From positions 682,001 through 746,000 of the forward strand of contig RSEE01000010.1 in NCBI GenBank assembly GCA_003971905.1: a stretch of 64,000 nt of DNA, in the 5' to 3' direction. Shown piece by piece: positions 30,175 through 42,699 of the stretch; position 1 is the stretch's first letter, and every line of letters begins with the position of its first letter. Source of the stretch: Moniliella sp. 'wahieum' (taxonomy: Eukaryota). The notes under the pieces are model-generated. The model was not told the DNA's origin. It saw only the letters and a program-made list of their open reading frames with translations, and ran no database searches. Position numbers and translations under genes: made by a program.

Positions 30175-30761
30175 TCAAGCTGTGCGAAGGATAACATGGG
30201 TACCCGACTCGGTTTGGACCACACCGCTGATGCTCCCGACGGGCAAGCTGAATGCAGCATCCTCAAATGGCTTCTGCATCTGCCCCGCTGAAATACACCC
30301 AAATCTCCCCGGCGCGCGCAGAGGAGCAGTCACTGTAGAAAAACAAAGATCGGTCGTTTTGTCAGAGGGGCTGGAGACCGCTAGAGAAGGCAGATGTGGA
30401 CGCAGACAGGAGACATACCTATTTTCCGACGCCAACTTGGCAAATAAGGCCGGGTCTGGGGTGGGACCGAGCTGCTGTATAAAGCCTTGAATCGTTGCTT
30501 CAGCCTCCTGTGGGGAGCGGGTAATGACTTGTTGACGGTGAGATGAAGGCCGACGTGATTGGGCATGTTTGACAAGGAGGTGGGAGGCGCGCACGCTGCT
30601 CGGCTGGTGGAGGTATTGGGCAGCGCCAGGGAGGGCGTTGATGGCTTCGGGCGTGAGACCGGCGGGTTTCTCCCAGCTGCTGACGTGGTTTGCAGCATCG
30701 TATAGAAGTAAGGCATCTGCCGTGTCTTGCTCATTCGCACTTCCCACAGAGGCGCCGACAT
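30175..30761 (-). CDS. ESS1: Peptidyl-prolyl cis-trans isomerase Pin1/Ess1 (WW plus parvulin); intron about 30333-30418
   Basis: WW domain WEVRMSKTRQMPYFY...SSWEKP; VRASHLLVKHAQSRRPSS; GQMQKPFEDAAFSL; VQTESGTHVILRTA. Confidence 0.93.
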
Positions 30762-31039
30762 GGTGGCCGTGGTGGGGTGGTGATTGCAGTGGTGCTGGGT
30801 TGCCCTAGCAGCCAACGGTGCACGCACAGACAGAAAACATTTTGGAGTCGGTAGACGTGCTTCAGTCAGTACGTACGTAATAGCCTCCAAGTCGCTCTTT
30901 CCGTTCCGCACCGTTCCTTCCGCTGTGATGTGGCGCAACATGCAACAGCTCGCAGATCTGACGAGCAACCTGTGTGACGCGGGTTAGGATTCCGCTGAAA
31001 GGGGATATGCGTTGTGAGATAGATCTGACACGTGAGGTG

Positions 31040-32015
31040 GTGAAGCAATCCTTAACCAGGTGAAGCTTCAACTTGAAGTTCAAGCAGCACGGAGACACAA
31101 CAAGGAGGGGCGGAACAGAGGCGGAGCGGGGCCGCCGCGGCGCCACCTACATCCACACCAACCACACCGCAAGCGCTCGGTGGCCCAGCACACTACATAC
31201 TTACGTACGTTGCGCAAATTTCAAACACGTTTTGCGGGTCCGACGCAGATTGTTTGAATGGGGCCTACTGTGGCCTACTGCGGCTTCCAAGGTCTAGTGA
31301 CTAGTGTACTAGTGTAGTGGCAGTGATGTCATGCATGTCAGGCTCAGCGATGCGGGATGGGTGATGCATGGCAGCGCTATTTGCTGGCATGAATTGAACG
31401 TTGGACGTTGGACGTTGGGCGCTGGGCAGAGGGAGTGCCGGTTGGGCCGCGTGTGGGTCTGCCACCACACGCCGCAACAGGGTGCGACACGGCACTGCCA
31501 CACGCATACGCGGCAAGGCGGAGGGGTCCTAGCGCCTAGCGCCTAGGGACCACGGGGTAAGGTAGGGCAAGGCAGGGCAAGGCAGGGCAAGGCAGGGCAA
31601 GGCAGGGCAAGGCAGGGCAAGGCTATGCTGGCTCCATGGCAGTGATCGAGTGATCGATGATCCCAAATACAAAGCCTCGGCCTGCTGCCCTGGCTGCCCT
31701 GGCCCGGCCGAGCGGAGAGGCGGTCGGAATGAGCAAAGGTTTTAAGTCGAGTGGATTCGTTTGGACCGCATTTTCTTGCCAGACAGAAAAATGGATGGCA
31801 TGGAGCTGCGCCGTATTAGCGCTTAGTCTTTCGCTTTTAAGCGTTGCGCTTTGGCGCTTAGCGCTTAGCGCTAGCAGCGCTGTAGTGCCCTCCAGTGCGC
31901 TGATTCGATGCATCTTCACATCCCTGCGCCTGCTGGTGCCGAGAGCTGTAGGGATTGGCACGTGCTAAGTAGCCGAAGAGTGCTACCTTCTGCAGTAGTC
32001 ACTAGTCATCGATCA
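31040..32015. repeat. TNA+4 lattice island in the divergent Pin1/CENP-B-like intergenic region
   Basis: TGA-AGCT-TCA-ACT-TGA (31061), CTAG-TGA-CTAG-TG-TA-CTAG (31294-31313), TTGGACG repeats (31395-31417), TAGCGCC/TAGCGCT repeats (31530-31546, 31816-31875). Confidence 0.8.
31556..31623. repeat. Decamer minisatellite (GGCAGGGCAA)n, about 6 copies
   Basis: Direct reading: ggtagggcaa followed by five perfect ggcagggcaa units and ggc. Confidence 0.92.
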
Positions 32016-32434
32016 TCCCTCTTGCACCCTCTGCACCATCCTGCATCCCCGCCATTCCGTTGCCATCACCACCGCCATCCCATCCCCATCCCATCACCGT
32101 CACCACCCCTCCCCTGCCGTCTCCCGCGTCCATCTTATCACCGTCACCCCGCCCCCACCTGTCTCCTGACCGACGTCTTGGTGTCTGCTGGCGGCCTCTA
32201 TTGCTGCATCCCAGCTCCGTGCTTGCCTTCCCCCGTCCTCTCCCTCTCACGCGCCCACGCTCAGACGCCCTGCGACCGTCCGCGGAGCTTGAAACGTGCG
32301 TCCTGGAAACTTGGTCTTGACCAAACTTGGCGCCTTCAGCCACAACCGTGCCGTCTGTCCCGCGCTCATCCAGTACGAGGATTAGTTGCCGCTGGCTGCT
32401 TCCCGCTTCCCGCTCCCCGCCTGTCCCCGCATCC

Positions 32435-34198
32435 ATGCCCCTCGCTACCCCCGACGCGACGCCGGCCACAAAGGTGAGTTTTCAGGCTCAGTGCTGGGTG
32501 CCAGTGCAGGTGGCACTCCTACTGCGTCCTTGTGCCCATCTCCCACCCGTCCCATCTTCTCGCTGTCCCAGTCCCTTCTTTATGCGTTACGCGTTACGCG
32601 TTACGGCGCGTCCTGTGATTGTGATCTTGCCTGGGCCGATATACTGACCTCGTCTTGCTTTACAGACTGCGACCCCTTCTAGGTTGCCGTCTCGCTCGGT
32701 TGCCGATGGTCTTCCTCCCGCCCCCGCTCCTGTCCGGGCTCCGCTGCCCCACCCGTATTTTGGGACGACGATGCTCGTCACAGTCGGTCGCACCACCACA
32801 ACCCTCCGGCTTGCCCCTCGTCAAGGCCATGGACGCCAGCACCGTCCGGGGCTACCCGCCCAACTGGCGTTCTGACTTTTCACCGGTACGTTCTACTCTA
32901 GATCGCGTCTCCCCAACTCTCATCTTGATCTACCCTGGCGCCCGTCTTGGCCGCGACACCAGGTATGGTGCATTCACGTACAGTGGAAATGCACCTGCCT
33001 CGAACTCGTCCTCAGGCCTCATCCTACAGTCTTTCGCAGTCTGCTCGCCCACTGAGCAGGCCTACCAGACTCGGATACCGCTCCTCCCCTCTTCCAAACG
33101 GAGCACCGTGCACAGCTCTCTAGCCGAACTCAACCGCACGCCGCACCATGCTGCTTGGGTAGATCATTGGGGTTCGCTTTGCAATGAGCAATTCAGCTTT
33201 AAGTTGTGCATATACGTGATGCTAACCGTTTCCATTTTTTTGTATTTCCTTGCTTTGCTTTTCCCTCCTCTTGCTTCATGCTGGTGCACTACCACCTTTT
33301 AGTTGATGGAGACCAATATGCTCCCACGAGGACAGGCCCCAGGAGACTGGAGTGCATCAAGTTCCCCACGCTACAATATGGCGGCCCCTCCACCAGCGCC
33401 TTCGTTCGCTGGAATGGGTGACCCCCATGCTGCAACGCAATCGTCCATGGCGCCTCAGGGCGCGTACGCCAGCTATGGTGCTCACTTTGGTCCTTACTCG
33501 CCGTCGTCAACACGACCTCCTCCTTCTCTTTATCCACCCGAGCAGGGCGAGCGGAACTTGGCTCTACATCCTAGCCCTTACCTCGCTGGCAGCTATGGTG
33601 CGGCCCTCCTTCTGTCCCCACATCTTCGTATGGCACGTACCCTCCTTCATCTGGGCCCCTTCCTCGACCGGATCGAAGGGGGGTGCCCGGGCCCGAGGGG
33701 CCCGGGGGGCTAGCACCCTTGCATCCATACGGGAGCAACAAGGTGCCCGACCCGCCTTCCTTTGAAGGTGGATCCTCGCTCGTTATGCCTCCCACGGTGA
33801 CTCACAAGCGCCCCAAGTCCAAGATTGACGGTAACATGCGCAAGCAGATTTGCCGCTATGCCGAGCAACACCCCGACTTGCGTCAATCGGACATTGCAGC
33901 AGTGTACCAAGTGGAACGATCGACGGTAAGCAAGATCCTGAAGCAAAAGTACAAATGGCTTGCTCTTCCGGTGGCGGAGGAAGCACCATTGGTGGCCACC
34001 GTTCCACCACCATGCTTCGATCCAAGATCAAGCATGGTCGCACTTCCTCCGCCTCGCCCGGCTCCACCACAGGCTCCTCTATGCCCTCCCCGCACCCAGG
34101 TGTTCCCGCTTCCTTGCAGTCCACCCGACAGGATGATGTTGCCCCGGCATCGGTCAGCACGACTGCCTGCCCTGCTGGATCGGGGGAAGCAACGCTAG
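32435..34198 (+). CDS. Pro-rich protein with a CENP-B/Abp1 N-terminal (psq-type) HTH DNA-binding domain; multi-exon, structure uncertain
   Basis: KIDGNMRKQICRYAEQHPDLRQSDIAAVYQVERSTVSKILKQKYKWL (about 33820-33965) matches the CENP-B N-terminal HTH pattern. GT-AG introns are visible at about 32474-32665 and from 32886. Confidence 0.7.
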
Positions 34199-34458
34199 GT
34201 ACAGCGGCCCCCTGTCTTAAGCAGCGGCACCTCGATAGAATTCTATTCTCTCACTTCCTATATTTGACGCACCTCGTGCGACCTCTTGTTCTCTTTTTTG
34301 GAGCTGCCTAAGTACGACGGCAGCACGTGCTATTGGGAACAATCCTTATTCTACTTTGATACATGAAGCGCAAGGGTGTGGTTCGGTCACTGATTAGATT
34401 CTCTTGTGCACCCCTTGATAGACGATAGTTCTTCAGACCAAATGTGGAATCAACCTCC

Positions 34459-37400
34459 TTAGGTTAGATACTGGTCCATCGGCTCGCCAAGGACCTTTTC
34501 GATTGCCTTGACCAAGTCCTGAGTTGCCTCGACCACTCGGCGTTGGGGTTGCCCAACAGCTCGGACAAGAACGGTGCTGATTCCGGAACGAGACCCAGCA
34601 GATCATCTCCCGTTTCAGTCCAAAGATGCTGCAGCACCTCCAGGGCCGCTGCCGCCACTTCGGTCGACGTCGCTCGCCGTGCTTTATCGAGCAAGGCGCG
34701 GTTGACAGACTTTTGAACCCCTTCCTCGGCAACCGCGCTGACGATGCCCGTTAAGGATTGAGCCACCTTGGTTGCCACCTCGGCCGAGGGAATGGAGCCG
34801 GCACCGACCAAGTCGAGCGCGTCAGTCAAGATGGACACGGCGTGCGGCCGGGTAGCGTTCCAGAAGCCCCCTGGTCGTACTGGCCGACTTGGCGATCGAC
34901 GCTTGCACCTCGTTCCACAGCTCGGGGTCATTCACCGTGCCTTGGCGCTGAGCCTCGAGAATCTCGAGTTTGAGGTCAAGTACCGTAGCGTCGTAGGAGG
35001 AGATGAGTTGCTTGAGTGTATCCTGCATGCGGTTGTAGAAGCGGAAGAAGGTGAGCAGACGAGCACGTACGCCCTTGTCCACACGGGCGTCTCGTCCTCG
35101 GCCAAGTCCAGCGCGGCCCAGTCGTAAAAGCGGAGGAAGAGCGGGCGGAAGAGCGTTTCGTTGAGCTTGAGAATGACTTGCAGGAACGCCGCATTCGCCG
35201 CATCCTCGATCGCCGCCACCGCTGCCTTGTCCAGCGCCCCACCGCGCATCACCGCCTTGCGCCGCGTGTCGAAGGCCTCGAGCACAGACGGAAAAACTGG
35301 CTTGTAAATCTTCACCACCGTCTTGCGATCCTTCTTGGCCACCAAGCGACGGACCAGGTCCAGCAACGCCGTCATCCGTCCCGCGTGCGCTCCATCGCCA
35401 TTCGCCACCTGCGCCGCTGCGACCGCCACCACGTCCTCAGCAGCAAACTGGTTGATCACGTGCCGACCAAGAGCGAGGGCGGCCAGCATGGCGCACGGTC
35501 AACTCCACTGCCAAGCTCACCAAGGTGGCCAAGTGGCTCGCCATGAACGACGGAAGCGAATGGGCCAGCTTGCCCAGCAACGCGATACACGCCTTTCCGT
35601 CTCGGTGGGCACCGTGTCGATTGCCAAGGTGCTCCGCACCGCCTCCACAATTGGGACAGTGAAAGGGATCATCCGTGGACCCAACGGACCAGCCAGGTTG
35701 GCTAGCAAGCCAAACAAGGCTGCCTGTACCTCGGGGTGAGATGAAGTGGCTTGGATGGTGCCCAGCACCGAGGGGACCGCCGTTGTCCAGGCAACAAGTG
35801 CCGTATCGGGCAGGTCGGTAGCCAAGGTTTGAAGAATGCCCAAACAACGGGGGCCAGGTCGGCGGTGGGGCCGGCGGGCACGGTGGCCGGGATCAAAGCG
35901 GGAAGGAACAGCTCGGCATACCGGCCCAAAGCTTCGCCTCGCCCCTGGCGTGCCTGCAGCTGGCGGACCGACAAGGCAAAGTGCGACTTGAGATTGGCCG
36001 AGACAAACGCAACAAACTCGTCCGTTGGCATCCGCTCAGCCGCCGCGTCGACGACCTGAGCAGCATGCATCGACACGGCTGGGGCGAGTAGGCGAGCGCG
36101 CGCACAGCCAGCGGTCAGCGCGCTGAACTCCGCTGGGCAAGCTTTGAATCGAGGCGGCGATGAATGCGAGTAGGGCACTGGCCTGCTTGGGGCGTCATCC
36201 GTTGAGGTCGAGTGTTCGTCACTGCTCTCGGCCAAGCGGTCGAGGAAGATGTGCGAGGAGCTGCCACGGCATCCATGGGGCCAACCGACAGCAGCCGATC
36301 CACCTCATCCAGTGTCTGGAAGAGCGCGGTCAGATGGGCAGGCTTGACAAAACTGCCCCCACACACTGAGGGGCAAGTCAAGGATGATGGAGGAAACCGA
36401 GGCACGGGCTTGGCCACTTTTTTGAATTGGTGATCGACAAACAGCATGCAGACCGGACCAAGGAATTGATCCGCACCCAAGACCCGCACCAACAGCTTGA
36501 AGAACGAGACACGACGGTACTTGGGCATGTACTTGGCGCGCCAGTGAAGATACGAAGGAGGTCGCGGCAGCGTAGTAGAAGAGCAAATTCATCACCTTCG
36601 GGAGCCTGAGCCTTGTAATCCGTCACCAAAGCCGGAACAATATCCCGAATGACCATCTCGACCATAGAGAAGGAGCCACGGTCGTCACGGGACAAGAACG
36701 AGGATCCGACAAAGGTGAAGATGGGCATGATGTTGTGCACCACCGTCTCTGGTGCCACTTGGGCCACTTGGGCCAACAGCTGCAGAACAGAGTGGATGGA
36801 AGACACACTGAGGGGAAGCTTGATGATGCTCAGCAGTACGTCAACCCTGAAGTGAGTCCACAGCAGCGCATCCTTGCGACCCTGAGAGGCAGTGTGGGAC
36901 AGAGTCTGCACGGCGTACTTGATCACCAATTCCGTGTTAAACAGCCCCGACGAACGGAGGTCATTGACCAACTTCATCACGTCAAAGTACTCGGCCACCA
37001 GGTCAACAGACAACGCCATATTGCGAGCATGCGCACCCAAGAGGATGGTGAGCGCCCCTGCCTGGACCATCTTGTCGTCAGAGCCAGGCTCAGTGCGCCG
37101 ACTGCGTTGCAGGCAGGGGGAACGACCTCCGAGCTTCCCTCGGTCCCAGACTCGAGGCTGGTGCGCAACTCGTCCAGAGCAGACAAGAAGTCTGGTCGCC
37201 AATCCGAAGGGCATGCAACGCATCTACATTCTGACGAGCATGCTCGTCGTTCGCTGTGGCCCCACTGGTGGCAAGCTTGAGGACCAACTCAAGCTGCATG
37301 GGGGACTGGATGACACGGAAGATGCGAACGGCAGCTTTGCACGCATCCTGACGCACACGACCTAGACGCATACTAGGTTAGTATACTGGCTCCTAAACGG

Positions 37401-40400
37401 AAACGAACGAAACATACCAGAGAACTACTCAGCCCCATCTTCAAGACCCGCCACGGTTCAGACGAGCTAGTCATCTTGTCGGACGAGGCAGTGTCATACG
37501 AAGCGAACATGAGGTCGACCACTCGTTCCACCTGCGCCGTTTCTTTCTCGTCGGAAGAGGGGACAGCAAGCGATTCAGTAGGTCACCCAGAGCCGGAGCG
37601 AGACGCTGCACCTTACGGCTGGACTGAGCGGCAGCGAACACGGCCAAGAGATCAGCCGTACCTTGCCACGAGGGCCAGGCTACCGCATGAGACAGGAGGT
37701 TCTCTAGAGCCGAATGCTTAAAGTGCACCACCTTCTTCGAGTCCTTCTCGTCGCCTTTGCGGACGACAGTCAAGACCTGACCCAAATGTTGCACGATGTT
37801 CTGCGCCCCAGCCACAATCGCGCCGGCATGTTCGACCAAGCGCGCTACGAGGGACGCAGCATCCTCCACTTGGAGATAGAGGATTTGCTTCGACCGCTCC
37901 GCGCCATAAACAGCGTCGAATGCAAAAATCCCCTCCACTTCCTTGCGCACCGCGTACAGGCTGGCAACGGCTTGCAGAGCACCTGTCCCGCCAGCCGCAC
38001 GCTCTCCTCCTTGTCCGCCAGAGGAATGAGCAGGGCAGGCAGGAGGGTTTGCATGTCGAGCTTTTTGCCCTTGGCAGTGTATGCCATGAAGAGAGCACTG
38101 GCGTGTTGCAGTGCCAAAGCGGGTGGGGGCAGCAACGGAGACGTCCGTCCAGACCCCAGCCAACACGGTGGCTAGGGCGGGACCCAAGGCCTCCATCAGT
38201 TGGAGGAGCAGCTTCTTGGCCCCGGGGGCTCCAAGCACGCCCGAAGCCAGGTTAAGATACACGTCCGAGCTAGCTTAGATGCATGCGAGGCATCGCCAAT
38301 GAAATACTGCTTGCCAATCGTCCTTTCCGACCCGCGCGGCACGGCCCCACCGCAGCTTGGAACACAGCCGAGGCAAGTTCAGCGGTAACGAGAGGAGACG
38401 GGCCCTTGGATTGCAACGCCTGGGCCGCATGGGAGAGGCCGACGGCCTTGTCCAACGCAGGAAGAGCGAGCAGCAGTTCAGAACTGGACTGCACAATGGC
38501 CTCCCAGCGAGCCCAACCGATTGGCTCGTCAGCTTGTTCTGGTCCACGTATGCGCCCAGGACCAGCAGCGCGAGACCATTCGATGGCGAGGGCGAATGCC
38601 GTGCTTGCGTGGCGGCAGAAAGAAGGAAGGAGAAGACGGCCTCCGTCTCAGGAGCGGCATCGTGCTGAATGAGGAAGGCAGCAATGGCTTTGGGCACCTC
38701 AACCGCATCGTTCCCACCCTTCTGGCATGCCCGTAGGAGGGAAGACCAGTACTTCCCCTTACCGAACTGGGCCTTAGCTAGTTCTTGCGCAGTGCAGTAG
38801 CCACCGCTTTCGTTTCAGGCGTCGGGACCAGGTAAGGGAAGAGGACGGTGGTGAACACGCTTTGCCGCAGAGTTCCTGCTCCAAGGGCAGCAGAGGCAGG
38901 GCAACTGTTGAAGGAAGGCGGCATGGAGGCTAGCGGCGGTGGCCTGGGCGCTGGTGAACTGCTGCTGGGCAAAGATGGCAACAATGGACGAGATAACCTC
39001 CTCGGCCTTGGCCAGACGAAGAAGAACGCCATCTTTTCCCCCTTCGTACACCACCTCTAGAACCTGGGGGCATGGTCGACCAACGCCGAGGAGGAGCTCT
39101 TTGACGGCGCTAGGTTCGTCCGACGATTGAACCAACTCCTTTAGAGCCAACACTCGTTCCGAGACTTGGTCCGAGTGGGCAGCAAGCCACAAGTGATCGT
39201 CTGTCGACGCGCCGTGGAGCACAAAGGAAGACTGGGCAATGAGTGCGGTAAGCAGGACGACGTCTCCTTCGATTGCTGAGAAAGCTGCTTTTGGTGCTCC
39301 AGCGCCTGAGCAAAAGACGGATGCAGCTGGCGCACCTTGGCCAATACATCGACAAGGCCCGCTGAGCCGAGAAGAGACGGTCCTTTCCGCCAACCAGGAC
39401 ACCGATCGACGTGTTGACAGTTTCTTGACGGCTCGTCTCGGGAAGACTAGGGGAGAGCAGTAGCAACTCGAGTGCAGTCTCTGCGTTGGGGCCATGCGTG
39501 GCGGGGTCAAACTCGGCCCAGTTAAGAACGATTGTGGTCATCAAGTAAGTAAGGAAAACCGAGATGTCCGAAACGGCCATAGTCGCCTGCATAGAGCTGA
39601 CAGCGCCCGGGAGAGAGAAGGGCGCGCACATGGGCAACAGAGAGGACGCGCGATTTCGGGTTGTAAGGGGCGTTGGCCGAGAGAGAGTAGCAAGCGAGAA
39701 GCACGGCCCCCATGGTCTGCTCACCAAGTTTTTGGGGAATGGGCTCCTCGAGCAAACTGTCAAAAGAAGCCGAGATGGCCTGAGAAGTGAGGTCAAAGCA
39801 ACCTGCTGGTGGAAAATAGAATCGAGGCAGTCATCAGGGCATCCTTCCACCCGGAGAGCGTGGACTTGGACCCGCCCTTTTCGAGGCGACGCTTCGACTG
39901 ACCGGCCAATGCTGAAGCAGCAGGCAAGAGCACCGAAAGGTAGGTGGATGCATCTTTGGGAGCCAGCGTTGCAGTCACCTTGGCCCCCGGGACTGAAGCG
40001 AAGAGAGAGAGTCGCTGGGCTGGTTTGAGCAAAGGACGCTAAAATGGACCAACGTCGAGAGCCAAAAGCTGGCCAGGGCACGGTGGGGAGGAAGACCAGC
40101 CAGCGACTTGTCCACCGACAGCACTGTTGAGGAAGGATGGATGAGCGATGCGATCCAGCGCAACAGTTGGACGGCATGCGTAGTCTCGGTGGCGCTGCTG
40201 AGGCTGGAGATCAGCGAAGCAAGAGGGAAGGCACGCGTTTCTGAAGTACCCAGACGCCAGCGGACGTAGATGATTGAATCTGGCGCTGGTATGGCTTGAG
40301 GAAAAATGCCATGAGCGGAGCCTTGTCCAAGTTGGAATTTGGACAATGCGGGCGAAATGGGGGGTTTCATGGAAGGGAATGAATGTAGCGATGAGGGTCT

Positions 40401-40823
40401 GAACGTTGAACTCGTGCACTCGGAAGCGGCGGACAAGCCATTCCACCTTGGCTACGTGGCGATCTGTGATCAGGTGCGCAAGACGCAGAAACCACACATC
40501 GAGGTAGGCGTCAAGTTGCCGGTTGTCCTCGACGGAGAGTGGGTTGCGGGTCGCGGGCAAGACTACTGTTGCCAAGGAGGTAAGAAACAACGGGTGCACC
40601 TGTTCTGACTCGGCCCAGTCTGCTAGTCGGGGTGCTCGAGGCAGACTTCATCCCAGCCATTGGCAGCGATGGAGTGGACGGTGCGCAAGTCTTGGAAGCC
40701 GGCCTCGCGGGCCGAGTAGAGGTAAGAGGTGACGACGTGAGCGTACTTGTCCTGGGCAGAGGTGGCGAGACGCTGCGCGTTGAGCGAGCGCAGGTTGGAC
40801 AGCTGCGACGCCAACGACGACAT
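34459..40823 (-). CDS. UTP10: U3 snoRNA-associated protein 10 (HEAT-repeat, BAP28/HEATR1); heavily frameshifted
   Basis: N-terminal MSSLASQLSNLRS...SYLYSAREA, EWLVRRFRVHEFN, FIPFHET; VHNIMPIFTFVG; BP28CT-like LKLNETLFRPLFLRFYDWA; C-terminal LVPESAPFLSELL...GEPMDQYLT. Confidence 0.93.
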
Positions 40824-41384
40824 GGCGGAAGCAATGCCTGTGCCGTGGGGGGGGGGGGAGGGGGGGGGGAAGGGGGGGTGGTGGTGAGGGACTGCGCGGG
40901 TGGACACCGAACGAAAGTATACGCCAAGGTCGAAAAAAAAAGGGGCGGAATCAGGTGACGAAATGTCGCATATTCCGCTCAACGCCCCCTCCCCCCCCGT
41001 GGCATCGAGGATTGAATATTGAATGGCGATTGCCGCCAAAGAGCCCTATCGTGCCGGATCTGCCGCATTTGGTACACTATACGGTCCCTTCTTCGATTCG
41101 ATCTACTCAGCATATGGCCCCGCGATAGTTGTGTGCACCAAGTTATAGCACACCGTCATCTGTCCTGGTTTCCATCTTGAACACGACCACCTTCTTGTAC
41201 TCATCGTTGCTAGTGCTATTGGCCAGAGGGTGAGAACGTGCTTACGTTCCGCCGACTTGTTTCAAAATTCCCATCGTAATCCTCCCAGGGCCTCCAGCCG
41301 CCCGCCAGCCACAACAGAGCTGTAGATCAGATCAATCAGAGGCTGTGTTGTGGTCCCACCAACTTCATCTTACGCCTTCGCGTT

Positions 41385-42534
41385 ATGGCCGGACCCCTAA
41401 CTCTGCAAACAGCAATCCCCCTGTCCGATGGGCATGCCATACCTCAACTTGGGCTCGGTGTCTACCTGAGCCGAGGCAGCGATGGTGTGGAATCGTGAAA
41501 CGCGCTTTGGGCCTCGGCGTTCGCCATATCGACACGGCCGTGTGGTATGGGAACGAAGCGACGGTGGGCGAAGGGCTGCACAGTTTTCTCAGCGATCCAA
41601 ACAAGAATACACAGGGCCTCAAGCGTGAGGACGTATTCATCACGTCTAAGATTTGGGACGACCAGCATGAAGGTGCACTCGAAGCGGTTAAGGAGAGCGT
41701 GGCAAAGATTGGCTCCTACCTGGATCTCATGCTCATTCACAGTCCCAACCCTGGGAAAGAAGCGCGGCTCAAGGCGTGGGCCGGATTGATGGAGGCCAAG
41801 AAGCAAGGTTGGTCAAGTCCATTGGTGTGTCGTACGTTAGCTCTCTGCATTGACCATGCTGATGCACCCAGCCGACCTCGTCAGGATGACGAAGCTGACG
41901 ATTTTTTGCAGCAACTATGGTGTGCATCACCTCGAAGAACTGGTTGCTGCTTATCCAAACGAGTGAGTCTGGGGTCCTCTGTGTTTGAATGTTCGAGCTC
42001 ACCTAAATATCGTCTAGTCCTCCTGTTGTCAACCAGATCGAGGTGTCTCCCTTTTTCCAGCGCAAGGATATCATTTCGTCCGCCGTCGTGGCCAAGTACA
42101 AGATTGTCATCGAGGCGTACTCTCCTCTTGGGAAGGGAAAGCATATCGAAGCCCCTGAGATCCATGCTGTGGGACGGGTACGTTGATCCTGTTACTGTAA
42201 CCCATACCCCACTTACTAATCCTGCATTCTGCCTCTCTTTGTGCTGGCGAGCAGAAGCTGGGAAAGACTCCGGCTCAAGTGCTAATTCGCTGGTCGCTCC
42301 AAAAGGGCTACGTGTTATTCCCAAGGGAACCGGGCAGCATGTTGATGAGAATGCAAATGTGTTTGATTTTGCTCTCAGCCCGGATGACATGCGTTTCCTC
42401 GATACTCTGGAGACGGGCGAAGGCGTAACCTGGAATCGTATGTATCGCTGAGCGTGTGTGTGTGTGATTTTGGCCTTGGTGCCCCTTACTGACACGTTTG
42501 TTTTGCCTTGGACCTAGCTTGCCTTGTCCCTTAG
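41385..42534 (+). CDS. Aldo-keto reductase (AKR); several introns
   Basis: IPQLGLGVY, GVRHIDTAVWYGNEATVGEGL, REDVFITSKIW, YLDLMLIHSP, SIGVSNY (spliced), NQIE, AYSPLG, VIPK, ENANVFDFAL. Confidence 0.92.
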
Positions 42535-42699
42535 GATGGTCCTCTGGGCGCCGCTTCGGCGGCTGTATGGGCAGGGTGGAGGAGGTCGAGTACCTTGTCC
42601 AAGGTTCCACCCGTCATCACCTGCGCGTGGATGGGAGGTGGAGACAAGAGGGATCCATCGTTTATCGATTATCTCCCACCTGTGGTCAACCAATCTAGC

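Noticed and set aside
40846..40885. Long G tracts next to the UTP10 start (also 13440-13476 next to the IDO start)
   Set aside because: On the sense strand these are C-rich 5' leader tracts seen before many genes here; homopolymer lengths are unreliable in this assembly.
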